Counted from the stretch's first letter, positions 25,373-39,074 are shown. The stretch is 64,000 bases of DNA from Octopus sinensis (GCF_006345805.1 NW_021834239.1:1-64000); one strand, 5' to 3'. Notes: generated by a model not told the origin, from the sequence alone. Program-made: numbers and translations.

Positions 25373-25693
25373 GGAGGCACATGGCGTAGTGGTTAGAGCA
25401 GTGGACTTGCGGTCGTGGGATCGCGGGTTCGAATCTCAGACCGGGCGATGTGCGTGCTTATGAGCGAAACACCTAAGCTCCACGCGGCTCCGGCAGAAGG
25501 TAATGGCGAATTTCTGCTGACTCTTTCGCCACAACATTCTCTCACTCTTTCACTCTGCATCTTGCAGCTCACCTGCGATGGACCCGCGTCCCGTCCAGGT
25601 GGGGAACCTATATGCCCAGGAAACCGTGAAACCGGCCCTTATGAGCCAGGTATGGCTCGAGAAGGAACATACAAACAAACCAACAAAACGACC
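25373..25693 (+). mobile_element. tRNA-derived SINE (head A variant + tail 2)
   Basis: A/B boxes (TGGCGTAGTGG, GGTTCGAATCT) and an AAC-rich tail. Probable TSD ccaacaaaacg at 25358 and 25680. Confidence 0.85.
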
Positions 25694-25901
25694 ATTTTTC
25701 CCCCATTTTCTAAAAATATGATACCTAATGGGATATCACACTATATATCCTTAACCGGAAATTATTTTCCTTATGAGAGCAGTTAGTACTTATATTATCT
25801 CCTACTGTACCTCTCCCTCCACCTCTCTCATATTATAGTGTATTCCTTTATTCTAGTTTACTGTCGATTGCTGTTTATCTTTGTGCCACTCTTAACTTCT
25901 T

Positions 25902-25934
<33 letters not shown>

Positions 25935-26488
25935 ATATATCTTATCTATCTCTTTCTCGTTCTATCTCTTCTTCATTCACAGTAGCTTCCAGGCAGTCAG
26001 TCTCCGCTCTCATTTATCTATTATACCCTTTTTAAATATCTTCGCTTTTTATTTGTTTGTTTTTTTTGTTTTGTTTTTTGCCATCTCTGCACCATTAGAT
26101 GGTACTTTCTTTTTACTTTTCAATAATGCCCATCACAGTTTTTCACGGTGTTATTTCAAATGTTACAAAATAAAACCTCACAGAATCAGGTTTCCAGATA
26201 AATCACTTATCAACAAAGGAATGGTAACGAGAGAGTTCTATAAACAAATTGAAGACACAACTCAAATAATGTAACGTTTAGAAACTAGAAGAAATTTCAT
26301 ATATATGCTTTAAAACAAAACGGAAGGGGATATATAATATGGGAAAAATAAACAATCTCATTTATATTCATTTGACCATGGTGAACATTATCTATGAAAA
26401 ATTAGGCATCAGAAAATTAATTTTCAATTAATAGTTGCTTTGCAAATAATCATATTACATATTGAATATGTATATATATATTACACAC

Positions 26489-26787
26489 AGTGACCAACCA
26501 GGCTATCAGATGTTGCTACACATCGCTGGTCACACTGCGCTTTGCATTGGTTTAGCCTTCAAATGACGCCACCCCGCTGGCTGAGCGACCAGGCCAACAG
26601 AAGAAAGAGTGAGAGAAAGCTGTGGCGAAAGTTTACAACATGGATCGCCACCCTACCCCCTGCCGGAGCATCGTGGAGCTTTAGGTGTTTTCGCTCAATA
26701 AACACGTACAACGCCCGGTCTGGGAATAGAAACCACGATCCTACGACCGCGAGTCCGCTGCCCCAACCACTGGGCTATTGCACCTCC
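26489..26787 (-). mobile_element. tRNA-derived SINE (head A + tail 3)
   Basis: Head matches 648-800, but the 3' part (..cgatgtgtagcaacatctgatagcctggttggtcac) is unrelated to tails 1 and 2. Confidence 0.85.
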
Positions 26788-26799
26788 ATATATATATAT

Positions 26800-26873
<74 letters not shown>

Positions 26874-28699
26874 TGTATGTATGTGTGTGTGAGAGAGAGT
26901 GTGTGTGTGTGTCTGAGTATTTGTCTATGTATGTGTATGTGTGTGTGTTTGTGTTTCTGTATTTGTTCCCCCATTATCACTTGACAACTGATGTTGGTGT
27001 GTTTATGTTCCCGTAACTTAGCGGGAACTAGGCTTAGAAAGAATAAGTCCTGCGATCGAAGTGTTCGGCTAAAGGCGGTGCTACAACCCGGAGCTCTAAT
27101 GGAAAAAAATCTGCCCACAGAACAATGCAGTGTATCTGAGCCCAGACCCACTTGGTCAGAAAACCAGTTTATTCGTCAAGAGCAACACCTAATCCATTGA
27201 AGATTAAATGAATGGAATCAACCTGCGATAGAGCAGAATATGTCATACACATATGTGCCTTCAGAGTTTTATTCAAGTAGGATCAAAGCGTCGTGGTGTA
27301 ACAAATCTTAACTGTTGAATATCACGTGCAGATTACCTGTTGAGCTTTCACACACTTTCCATTAAATCATTCACTGAAAAAGCTTAACGAGTGTATATAA
27401 GTTTATACTTCTTAATAGAATTAGAGCCATTTTCATATTACATCTAATCCTTTTTAAACGCTGATGCACTTTTTGATTTACTTTAGTGCATCTAGAATTG
27501 AATTAATCGCCAAGACAACAACAACCATTACAAAACAACAACATTAATTTCATGCCAGTAAGTTACAAACTAAAGTGACGAACGTGCAAAACCTTGAGCA
27601 CACCGTGCAAAAAAATGCTTAGCGTCATATCGCCCATCTTTACTCTCAGACTTCAAAATGCGACGAGTTCGAGTTTGCCTTTTATCTTTTCGGGGGTCGA
27701 TAAAATAAGAAGTATTTGTACACTGGGATCGATGTAGCCCATTTTTTCCTTCTCCTGAAATTGCAGGCCTTGCGCCAAGATTAGAAATCAATAAGGTACA
27801 GGGTACCTTACACTGAAGAACCTGCATAGAAATTTTTCAGCAAGAAGTTGTATATCATACCAGTAATTGTAGCTTTCACAAAACTTCAGATTTGTCATTC
27901 GTATTACTATATTACCTACACTTCGAATATAGTCTTTGTAGGTAGGTCGCAAAGTGAAAAATCGATACAGTTGCTAATATGCAGAGTAACATTATAAATT
28001 TGTATAACATACGTTGTATATTTGTATGTTGTGTTCATTTTCTTTTCTACATATCATATTTTAAAGTTCAGTTTTTGAATGTATGACATTTTGCGATTTT
28101 ACTTCTCATTTCTTTTTTGCTACATGACGTATACGTAAAATATATGTAAGTTGCATGTTTTTCAACTTCTTTTTATATAACATTTATGGTTTTGCAATAT
28201 ATCAAAAGCTGCAAGAAGCCTCCATGTTTTAAACGATTCTTCATGCGTGTGATGCAAATATAAATTATATGTTTTAATAATTAATTATCGAATATGTAAT
28301 TTTTTCGAAAGAATTACAGTTTGGAAAGAATAAGAAAAGAAAAAGACTCTTGTTTTCTGAAGATGCAAACTGATATTTTCAAAAGACTTCTGCGACTTCA
28401 TTGCCTTACATTTCCACAAGCATTTATCTACACACATGCATAGAACTCTACTTGTTAATCCACGTGTCAATGACTCTTTATTACATTCAACTAGAATGTG
28501 GTTAAAAACATACATACATACACGAGGAATGTGCAGCCATAAATGTCAGTAACAGTGGCGATGTTGCTAAACTATTTATGGCTACTTATAGTATGGTATG
28601 GTGGGACAGGAGACTCAGACAGAAATTAGCACGGAACTCCATGGATGATATAAACATAGTAACCAAAGCATCCGTCCCAAGACAATATATATATATTAT

Positions 28700-28970
28700 A
28701 GACAGAGCTTCGCAGGAAACACTAATTCGACGAGATGTGTTCTGTCCTCACCTTCGAAACACGCTGGAGTTGAACTAGGGACAGCTGATGAATGGGATTT
28801 TCGTTGTTAAAAAAATGGTACGTTGCATGCTGTTTTTACGTTTTCGTTGCTCGTTGAGTTCTACGTCTATTTGTGGTGTCATATACACACGTATATATAT
28901 TTATATATGCATGTATATATACATGTAAATGTAGGTACGTACATATGTTTGTATGTATGCATATATTTTA
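28700..28970 (+). mobile_element. Dispersed repeat, homologous to ~52870-53150
   Basis: Shared blocks cgcaggaa..gtgttctgt..ccttcgaaaca..gacagctgatga..ctacgtct..tgtc..tatatatgcatgtatatatacatgta.atgtaggtacgtac. Confidence 0.6.
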
Positions 28971-29054
28971 TTTATTACACTATTGTATGACTGAACGCCT
29001 TCGCGTCGATTCGATTCGTTTGGTTTCGTTTCGTTTCTTCTTCTTCTCTAAGCT

Positions 29055-29114
<60 letters not shown>

Positions 29115-29117
<3 letters not shown>

Positions 29118-29221
29118 TCCATCGTGGCCAAATTCTAATGAATGACACATGTAAAAGAATAAAAATATAAAAGAATACATAAATATGTATGTATGGCTGG
29201 AAGGCTGGATGTATATATGTA

Positions 29222-29268
<47 letters not shown>

Positions 29269-29379
29269 TATATACATATATACATCCAGCCTTCCAGCCA
29301 TACATACATATTTATGTATTCTTTTATATTTTTATTCTTTTACATGTGTCATTCATTAGAATTTGGCCACGCTGGAGTA
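29115..29379. repeat. Near-perfect fold-back palindrome centred on (TA)n
   Basis: ~108-bp arms (29115-29223 versus ~29270-29379) with one substitution noticed. Confidence 0.9.
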
Positions 29380-29578
29380 CCGCCTTGAAGGGTTCTAGTT
29401 GAACAAATAGGCCACGTGGCTTATGTTTTAAAGCCTACTACTTTTTATTATCATACTACTTTGGCATACCGCCACGTTAGGGAGACGTAAACGCACCAAC
29501 ACCGTTGTCAAGCGCAGATCGAAAGACACACGCGCGCAATCACGCACGCACACACACACACATATATATATATATATA

Positions 29579-29609
<31 letters not shown>

Positions 29610-29636
29610 TATAATATATAATATTATATATATATA

Positions 29637-29676
<40 letters not shown>

Positions 29677-30016
29677 TATATACAATGGACTCCTTTCAGT
29701 ATCCCTCGACAATTTACTTTGTTAGTTCAAATTCTATAGAGATCAATTAAATCTTTTTTCCAACCATGGTACTTCATATAAAATATCAATGAAATAATTC
29801 TATTGCTAAACAGACTATTCCATTATCCGAAATAGACTATTACGTTAACCGAAATTACAGAGATTACTTGTTGCCATTGTTTAGCTTTGTGTCATCAAAG
29901 ATCAGCAGACTTTTACTCAAACATCTTCCGGTTAATTGTACCATTTTTTTTCTTTGGGTGGCGTGACATTAATGCTCAACTTGTTCTGTTTTTATTTCAG
30001 ACAGTAATATTTCACT

Positions 30017-30346
30017 AGTGAGGGCGCGTGGCTTAGTGGTTAGGGCATTCGGCTCATGATCGTAAGGTTGTGAGTTCGATTCCCGGCGACGCGTTGTGTC
30101 CTTGAGCAAGACACTTTATTTCACGTTGTTCCAGTCCACTCAGCTGGCAAAAATGAGTTGTATTTGTATTTCAAAGGGTCAGCCTTGTCACTCTCTGTGT
30201 CACGCTGATTATCCCCGAGAACTACGTTAAGGGTACACGTGTCTGTGGAATGCTCAGCCATTTGCACGTTAATTTCACGAGCAAGCTGTTCCGTTGATCG
30301 TATCAGCTGGGACCGTCGTCGTCGTAACCGGCGGAGTCTTTAAAAA
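30017..30346 (+). mobile_element. tRNA-derived SINE (head B + tail 1) with 11-bp TSD
   Basis: Core gtgtccttgagcaagacactt. Tail is homologous to 850-1025. TSD aatatttcact at 30006-30016 and 30347-30357. Confidence 0.9.
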
Positions 30347-30771
30347 AATATTTCACTCCCAGATAACCATTCAAAAATGCTTACACCTCACAGTCTAGAT
30401 AGTTGAAGCTGCGAACTGATCTAGATGTATATACAGCAATTTTCTACGGCGAGAAATATTCTCCACGAGACAACACAGTGAATGATTTGTTTACGAGTCC
30501 AAACGTGCCACAAGCATATTTAAACTGGTAACAACATTGCAGTAAAATATCAAGGACGGTTTTCCGAAATTTGAAAATTGTTGTATAGATGTACAGAACC
30601 TTCCTCCCAGGTATATTTATTAATTTTATTTCACAAAATATAATTATCAGAAATACATTGCCTACATTGGAAAATTGTACAATAAGAGATTAGATTATAG
30701 TATCTCTCCCTCACCCTCTATCTCCGTGTTTCCCTCTTTTCTTTCTTTCTCTACCTGTCTCTCTGTCTCTG

Positions 30772-30830
<59 letters not shown>

Positions 30831-30946
30831 GAATAAAGCCGTGGATTTTAAACTTACGGCGACAATATTTACATACCGCCTGAAGAAACACAACAAGATC
30901 TCATAATGCAGAGAAACAGTTGCATGAAACCCGGAAGTACATATAT

Positions 30947-30998
<52 letters not shown>

Positions 30999-31084
30999 GG
31001 TAGTGAACAGCTGACACTGTAATGCATCTCTCGCGTCAGAAGCTGTGCGAATGCAACAACAACAGTAAAAGCAACAACAACAAC

Positions 31085-31153
<69 letters not shown>

Positions 31154-31157
<4 letters not shown>

Positions 31158-31311
31158 TCGAAAAACACCTTAGCAATGAGAACCCAGGTCGAAATTTCCC
31201 CAAGACACCTGATGAAGGCTGCAGGGTATATCAGCCGAAACGTTGTGTGGACAACAAACAAGATGAGGACAAATATCCGGCAAATGTAAATAATGTCAAC
31301 AACGTAAATAA
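31154..31311 (+). mobile_element. Headless copy of the hammerhead-bearing short element
   Basis: Homologous to the reverse complement of 5745-5900. Preceded by (AAT)n. Confidence 0.75.
31205..31248 (+). ncRNA. Minimal type I hammerhead ribozyme candidate (extra A after A9)
   Basis: Stem I ACAC/GTGT, core CTGATGA-A, stem II GGCTG/CAGCC, GAAA, palindromic ACGT stem III, and site GUU (cleavage after 31244). Confidence 0.65.
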
Positions 31312-31685
31312 TATATATATACATATATATATATATGTTTCTGTATGTGTGTGTGTAAAGCGCCACATGAAAGCTTTGAGATTTTCCTCACGTTCCTCTG
31401 GCTTCTGCCTTCAAATCACTTTGAGATCAAGTCTGCTTTTCAGAAATTAGAAGTCAATGCATAAAACCTCAGCTCATTACTCTCGTTGAGACTTCATTGA
31501 GAAAAATTCCTCGTTGGTTAGAATCGAAAGAAGACACGGTAATTGCCATATCTATATTTCCAAGCTCCTACGACGCCATCGGAGATTTAGAAACGAACGC
31601 AAAAACAAGCTTATCAATATATCGAACATCGAACATACAAATAGGCAGTCACCAGTTTTATAATATCGTCATAAGATTGGGAAGC

Positions 31686-32051
31686 GCTCCATCGGTTACG
31701 ACGACGAGGGTTCCGGTTGATCCGAATCAACGGAACAGCCTGCTTGTGAAATTAACGTGTAAGTGGCTGAGCACTCCACAGACACATGTACCCTTAACGT
31801 AGTTCTCGGGGATATTCAGCATGACACAGAGAGTGACAAGGCCGGTCCTTTGAAATACAGGTACAACAGAAACAGGAAGTAAGAGTGAGAGAAAGTTGTG
31901 GTGAAAGAGTACAGCAGGGATCACTGCCGGAGCCTCGTTGAGCTTTGGGTGTTTTCGCTCAATAAACACTCACAACGCCCGGTCTGGGAATCGAAACCGC
32001 GATCCTATGACCGCGAGTCCGCTGCCCTAACCACTGGGCCATTGCACTTCC
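31686..32051 (-). mobile_element. tRNA-derived SINE (head A + tail 1)
   Basis: Reverse complement of 648-1030. Confidence 0.9.
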
Positions 32052-32796
32052 ACTATCATAAGATTAATGTAATGGTTGTTTAATCGTCCGCCTTGATACA
32101 CTACATTTAAATGACGCATAGAAACCTGGCTAAGTTAACATTTTACGAATGAGCTAATGAGTTTACATGTACAACAAATATATCGTTAAACCTGCTTCAA
32201 ATAACACTCAAATTTCTCTCGCATCTCACCATGCAGTCATTCGAAATCGAATGTCACATGAGATAAATTATTTACTCTTCAGATGCTGTGTACTTTAAAA
32301 ACCAAAAGTGTTTCCGGCAGGAATGCTTTTCATCAAAGATTTTCTCAGTAAGGGCTGAACCGAGCTTCATTAAAATCGACAACAATATTTTACTTAAATA
32401 TTCACAGCATGCGTCATAAATTATATGCTTTTATGAATTGCAAATATATTCTATCAGCGTGTATAGATAAAAGATATGAGAATAAAATTTCAGTGTAAAA
32501 CAGCCTTCTATAAAGGTATTTCACCATCAAAGAGTCGTATTTCCTGTCGGGCCTTTAGTCAGTTCCGGTTGAAAGTACTATTTACTTGCCTATGAGTCAA
32601 CCCTTTCCAAGAGCAAACAGCATTAGAGGGAAAGTAAGCAGGACGGATACATTCAGATAATAACAGAAGAAATCAATTATTGATAATAGTGTCTACATTT
32701 AAACACTGCAACCTTTTAGTTTTTTTTTTTTTTGTTTTTGTTTTTTGGAAATAAGAACCGATCTGTTTATCTGATTCTCTGTCTTTCTTTTGTTCC

Positions 32797-32879
<83 letters not shown>

Positions 32880-33246
32880 AACCCCTACCGAATACACAAA
32901 CACACATACACTACACGCGCATAAGCAGAGAGAGAGAGACAGACAGGCAGAAAGAGATAGGGAGAGAAAGAGGGAGACACACACAGACAGACTCAGAGCA
33001 AGAGAGAAAGGTAGATTATATATTTATCCGAAGTTCAGTCAATACTCGGAGTATATCTTCCCTACTCGAGACTACTCCGGCTTCACAATAATCGATAAAA
33101 TTGTTCCGCGTATATATATATATATACACAGACACGTGTACCCCTTTTTTTTTTCACCATGTGCAACTCGTAAACACCAGTCGTCTTTTTTCTCTTTCCC
33201 TGTTGCCCGCTCTGGGATCTTTCTTTCCTCTCTCTTCCTTCTTTAT

Positions 33247-33281
33247 GTTTCCGACGAAGAGCTCCGCTCGAAACGTCATAC
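33247..33281 (+). ncRNA. Degenerate minimal hammerhead-like motif (U4C core) in a pLTR-like pyrimidine-rich repeat
   Basis: GTTT-CCGACGA-A-GAGC tcc GCTC-GAAA-CGTC-ATAC. Confidence 0.4.
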
Positions 33282-33395
33282 CTCCCTGCTTCCTTTTCCT
33301 GAGCGCCTATTAATAATAATACTGTAATTGTTCCATTGTTGTTGTTTTTTTGTTTCCCGTTTGGATTAAAATTATATATATATATATATATATTT

Positions 33396-33890
33396 GGTGC
33401 AGGAGTGGCTGTATTGTAACTAGCTTGCTTACCAACAACATGGTTCCGCGTTTATTCCACTTCGTGGCACCTTGGGCTAGTGTCTTGCACTATAGCCTCG
33501 GGTCGACCAAAGCCTTATGAGTGGATTTGGTAGACGGAAACTGAAAGAAGCCCATCGTATATATATATATATATATGTGTGGTGTGTGTGTGTGTGTGTA
33601 TGTGTGTGTGTGTGTGCGTGTGTGTGTATGTGCGTGTGTGTGTGTGTATGTAATGTATATGTGTGTGAATATATGTTTGTATGCCTGTGTTTGAACCCCC
33701 AACATCGCTTGACAACCGATGGTAGTGTGTTTACGACCCGTATCTTAGCGGTTCGGCAAAACAGACAGAGAGATTAAGTACTAGGCTTAGAAAGACTATG
33801 TCCTGGGGTCGATTTGCTCCACTGAAGGCGGTGCTCCAGCATGGCCGCAGTCAAATGACTGAAACAAGTAGAGGAGTAAAGAGTAAAGAG
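33396..33890 (+). mobile_element. Full-length tRNA-derived SINE with internal (TA)/(GT)n tract
   Basis: tRNA-like head, ccttgggc.agtgtctt core and A-rich gagtaaa tail. Fragments at ~8155, 26950, 29380, 41620, 44140, 53990, 55780 and 60053-60390. Confidence 0.85.
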
Positions 33891-33919
33891 CATGTGTCGT
33901 CTGAATTAATTCTCCGAAC

Positions 33920-34360
33920 TGTGGTCACTGCAGAGCGTCAAACTTGAGGCAGTCCAGTAGCATTATGCTAAGAAGGTTGAATCGGTGAAACAGATGAGCA
34001 ACTGAGCGAGGTTAAAGGATCTGAAACGCTAGTCCCTAGAGAGGTGTCAAACATCTGCAGTGGTATACATATGTGTGATCCTGGAAGGTTGGGGTTGAAA
34101 GCAATACCAACCACTGGACGGCACTGCATAGCACCAAAGGTCCTGTCGTCCTCATCTCGAAAAATACCCTGTACTGTAACAGCTTGGGTTTTAAGGCTTC
34201 TGAACTGTACGATATTCTGCCAAACTACCTCAGAGATTTGCCTGGTGTAGATGTGGAGGTTTTCAACTACGATGGACAAATTCTTATCTAAAATAGCAGT
34301 TGAATCCATTTCGGGGTAGAAAGCGAAAAGAAGAGCCCTCCGTTCAGCTTGCTTTTCCAC
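33920..34360 (+). mobile_element. CR1-group LINE 3' fragment (RT C-terminus), decayed
   Basis: With frameshifts it reads KLEAVQ*HYAKKV..RLKDLK..SLER..TGRHCIAPKV..YCNSLGFKASELYDILPNYLRDLPGVDVEVF..MDKFLS, resembling CR1-type C-termini. Confidence 0.6.
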
Positions 34361-34712
34361 CAAAAGCAATACAAATAAGAAACCCGAAAACTCTGTAAGG
34401 CGGTGTTCCAGTATGATCCCTGTCTCTGGCTGAAACCAGTGAAAAGTAAAAGATAAAAGATATATTTACGTATGCGTATATCGCAATTCTTGACGTCATC
34501 ATCAATCTAGATAATAGAAACAAATAACACTATCCCACGCTACATATTGTGAATGATCTCCAGTAACATTGGAGGATATATTTCCTGTCTAACACTACAT
34601 TTGTCACAACATTGAAGCAGAGAGCTGCGCTGTTTCTGACTATTCAATCCTCATTGAGTAACCACGAGATCAAAATAATTCCAGGTGTCAACATCCCCTC
34701 TAAATTTTCTGC

Positions 34713-34986
34713 AAATTAACGTGTAAGTGGCTGAGAACTCCACAGACACGTGTACCCTTAACGTAGTTCTCGGGGATATTCAGCGTGACACAGAGAGTGA
34801 CAAGGCCGGCCCTTTGAAATACAGGTACAACAAAAACAGGAAGTAAGAGTGAGAGAAAGTTGTGGTGAAAGAGTACAGCAGGGATCACCACCACCCTCTG
34901 CCGGAGCCTCGTGGGGCTTTAGGTGTTTTTGCTCAATAAACACTCACAACGCCCGGTCTGGGAATCGAAACCGCGATCCTATGACC
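34713..34986 (-). mobile_element. tRNA-derived SINE (head A + tail 1), both ends truncated
   Basis: Homologous to 31750-32010. Confidence 0.85.
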
Positions 34987-36519
34987 CAAATCATTCTAGA
35001 CTGATGAATGCTTTTTACGATTTCTAAGAAGATAGGAGGTAGATTGAGGGTATATGTAACTGGTATTTCTAGGAAATCAAACAGATACATAGAGTTTTCT
35101 TTATTAGCTGGTTTTGTTGAACAATCTTAAGGAACAATTTAACCGTCTGAGCTCATTTAAAATATTTTGCCTCGTGTAAGATATCTCTATTACAAAATTG
35201 TCTAAGAAGTTGCTTAAAGTATTCGGGAATAACATTTGGAAATACTTCGACTTACGTCAGTAATTGGTTCCGAGATACGGGACTAAACTCGAACAGCAAC
35301 GTGACATAATAAATACCGTAAAAAGTTTAACAATTTATGCATTTTAATAAATCGATTGTACATAATTTTACATGCGCTTTATTTAATGTTTCATTTCAGT
35401 ATTGGTTTTTATGGGATTTTAAAGAGGTTATATACTTTCAAATATATTCTCTGAAACCGTCGTAAAGTCGGATAAATCAACTAAAGATAAGACTAATCTT
35501 TGGTATTTTTTCATGAAAAGAAGAACGACGTGAAGTCGAATGAAACTTATCTCGAAACGACGTATGTTGAGATATGCCTGCATAGAAATTATTGATAATA
35601 AATTTGTTACTATGTCTTTGATTAATATGATAATTTATTCAGACCTGATATGTTGCCTCATATCAGAGGCTGAATGTTTGATATTTATGAAAACAAGCTA
35701 AAAATAAGACGAGCAAGGAACGAAAGAAGCATCAGTCATAATACATAAATTTCTATTGTGTGTATAACTCCAGTGAATAGAAGTAATTAAGATTGTTTTC
35801 TAACTTCGGCAAAAGTCAATGGAACTAATTATTATTAATAACATTTAATTCGTGTTAAAATAACGAACGAAACGGGTTTCACGCCACTCGCAACAATTTA
35901 TGTAATATATTTGTTTATCAATCAAATCTGATTAAATCGAAGTAAACATAACATAAATTTTACTTCACATAATTTTTACTTCATGCGATGTTTTGCTTTT
36001 CCCCACTATTTTAAACACAGTAACATTTTATTAAAAAGGATCTTGTGATATAAATATTGAATTATAAAGATGTAGTGTTTACATTAAGTAACACAGTTTT
36101 ATCCTAAGCAGTAAATGTTATTTTCTAATTCCGTGTGATAAATTGTATAGAAAATTACTAATATTGGCTTAAAAATTTGCTCTTGTAATTTCAATAATAG
36201 TATTTAGATTTTGACTCATTTTCTCTGCGATAACGGTGGATCTTCCGCTTCTTCATTCACATATGGTCTGAAAAAAATATATATAAATCAATTTTCTTTT
36301 GTGTTTTATATGTGTGTGTATTTAGGTTTTACAAAAAGGTATTAATAAACAAAATTAGAAGCTTTTATTTCTGAGATTTATGAATATTTTGCAAACAACT
36401 TCCAGGAATTAAGCTCATAGTGTTGCAACATATTATCATTGTACGAACATGAGGAGCAGTGCTCAGAGCAATATTTGACTCCAGTGGGATATGGAATTAA
36501 ACGATGAACAGTTGGAATT

Positions 36520-36800
36520 TATATTGTATTACATGACGAACCTCCAAGATCAGTTCAGGAATTCTCTTGAGGTTTTCATTCATTCGACGACGGTCGACGG
36601 TCACCCTGAACAAAGTTTGTCTTCAAACGACAAGCGGCCATTCTTAAAGCATAAAAATTACTGGTAACGTTGTGTTTTGCTCTCGGCAGCGTCCTTGTAA
36701 ATTGTTTAAAGCATGACAACTGTTTCGGGCGCCGTTTTCCCAAGCGGAAAACAGAATTTCATGGAAGCATACAGTTCCTTCGTTCCAACCATCGCAAAAA
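36520..36800 (-). mobile_element. mariner transposase N-terminal remnant
   Basis: Reads ASMKFCFPLGKTAPETVVML..YKDAA..KTQ..FKNGRLSFED..SG*PST, like the mariner HTH region and the RSGRP motif. Confidence 0.6.
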
Positions 36801-37033
36801 ATCGACGAACAACGGAGAAGCACTGTAAAACAAAGACGTACCACGTGGCAATATGACTTCAATCGACGACGCCAGTTGGCAGACTGACGCCTGAGAGTTG
36901 CATCAAGTGGCTTCTAGCGGTAGAAGCTCGAACTACAACTGGTTTGTCCCACAGAGAACATTTCCGGTTATTTTGGGTACCTCCTCATACTAACAATTCT
37001 GCCAACTCGCCTCCTTACTTAATAATAATAATA

Positions 37034-37095
<62 letters not shown>

Positions 37096-37096
<1 letters not shown>

Positions 37097-37656
37097 CAGT
37101 ACCAGCACCAGTAATACCAGTTCCAGGCAGTGGCTCTCATGGCTTCTGATCTTAACTGATTGGAAGTGTTATCATGTACATTGTTTTGTCTTTGTATAAA
37201 AGATGGGCTACAGCAAATATTCTGCTCAATACCACAGATTTGCTTGTCAGTTGTTTGACCTTAACCAGTTGAGCATGTCCCTTAGTGGCTGACGATATGT
37301 GCATCTCTGATCACGAGAAGAAGTAGTGGGGGAGCATCATAGCCATGTGTTGAGAAGGATTCTTTGGGGCTTGAATAATTCACCTCTGGAAACATGGGTG
37401 TTTCGTGTTTCGTTCCTTAAACAACCCTTATTCAGGGACCTTTTGAGCGGGATGGGTTACTCGATCTGAAGAAAATTCTAACTGGGCTCCACCTGCAAGG
37501 TCATGTGCTGTTTATCTTAATATGAGATCACCATGTCGCGCACATATGGTTGTGATGCATGTGTACCCTTATCAGACGGGTAGTCATGATGGGTATACTG
37601 GGCTTCGTATATTTTACCCCAGTGTCACTTTGATGGCATGCTCTGCTCGCTCACTC
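37096..37656 (+). mobile_element. ~550-bp non-coding element embedded in (AAT)n
   Basis: (AAT)n on both sides (37021-37095 and 37657-37674). The 5' end is shared with 1140-1319 and the 3' end with 1582-1682. Confidence 0.8.
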
Positions 37657-38807
37657 AATAATAATAATAATAATCTTTTACACTATAGGTACTGGTCTGA
37701 ACTTTTAGGGCACGACCCCAGCGCAATAACTACACAAACGACTTGCTAAGTCAGGAGTATACCAGAAAGTCTATATAGTTTTGTTCTGTTTATATTTAAC
37801 AAGGAAACGAATTGAGAAACGGAAAAATGAATATAATGACAAAGGGTCCCTTTTCATAAGTTGAACAAATGTAACATGAATCTGGTACAATTCAACTATT
37901 TTACGCCTAGCAATGCAATGTGTTGTTGTCTTTTTTCTCAGTTCAAAAGAACCAGATGCTCAGCAACATCTTACATATGTTTCCTGCTATATGCATTTTA
38001 ATGACGCCAATACAGTAAGAGTCTTGGCTTTCTTTCAATTGTTAGTACGATTCTCGAAAAGCGTAAAAATCGATTCTCCAATGAAAGATATTTGCGAAAT
38101 AAAATCCGTAAAACTAAAGTTTAATGAAACATTTGAACATCTGGGATTTTGTTCTTGTTACCGTAAACATCGACTCGAAAATGTTTTAATTCTATTTTAC
38201 TGTGAAAATAATGTTCCAGTAAAAAGAAGGAATGCATTTCATAATTTTATTGATACAGCTCTCGAAATCAATTTCTATATCGGTGAAAAAAATTTTGATT
38301 TTAATATGCAATCAATCTATTATTAGTCTGACTGCTTATAAACTATTAATCTATTAACAATATTTGATGATAGAGTGGAGTGGAATCTAAGGCGGATACT
38401 GTGAGACAGACAGATAAAAAGATGACAAATAACGAATCAATGAAATTCAAATAAAATAGATTAAAAAAAAAATAAATGTGTAATTTTTATAGCGAGGGGG
38501 AAAGGAGGAAACGAACTCCGCCACCGTCACTTCCGACAGAAATAAACTGACCTAAACAGAAAAAAAAATGTTTAACTAATAAAAGGAAAAAAATATACAA
38601 GAATGAAATAAATTCGGTAAAACAAAAAATAACACAGACCCCCCCCCCAATACACGAGCGAAGCGGGAGGAGGAGAAGAAATAGGAATATTATATAAATG
38701 ATATGAAGTAGAGGGATGAACGGTAAAGGGAAAAGCAAAAAAGAATAACTGGAAAATTTTTTGATAAGAAAATAAACAATAAACAATACCAACAACAACA
38801 ACAGCAA

Positions 38808-38821
38808 TAATAATAATAATA

Positions 38822-38866
<45 letters not shown>

Positions 38867-38923
38867 TAATAATAATAATAATAATAATAGTAATAATAAT
38901 AATAATAATATAATAATAATAAC

Positions 38924-38974
<51 letters not shown>

Positions 38975-39026
38975 GATGATCATCATCATCATCTTCATGA
39001 TCATGATCACGATGATAATAATAATA

Positions 39027-39074
<48 letters not shown>

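Noticed and set aside
25373-25450. tRNA gene calls for SINE heads (also 648, 5955, 30020, 33396)
   Set aside because: They have A/B boxes but no complete acceptor stem, and they are fused to SINE bodies.
28740-28800. Hammerhead at GAAAC...CTGATGA (also 52915-52950)
   Set aside because: I could not build stems I-III around a valid NUH site in either copy.
33968-34369. 133-aa minus-strand ORF as a host exon
   Set aside because: It is the antisense shadow of a decayed CR1-type RT C-terminus on the plus strand.
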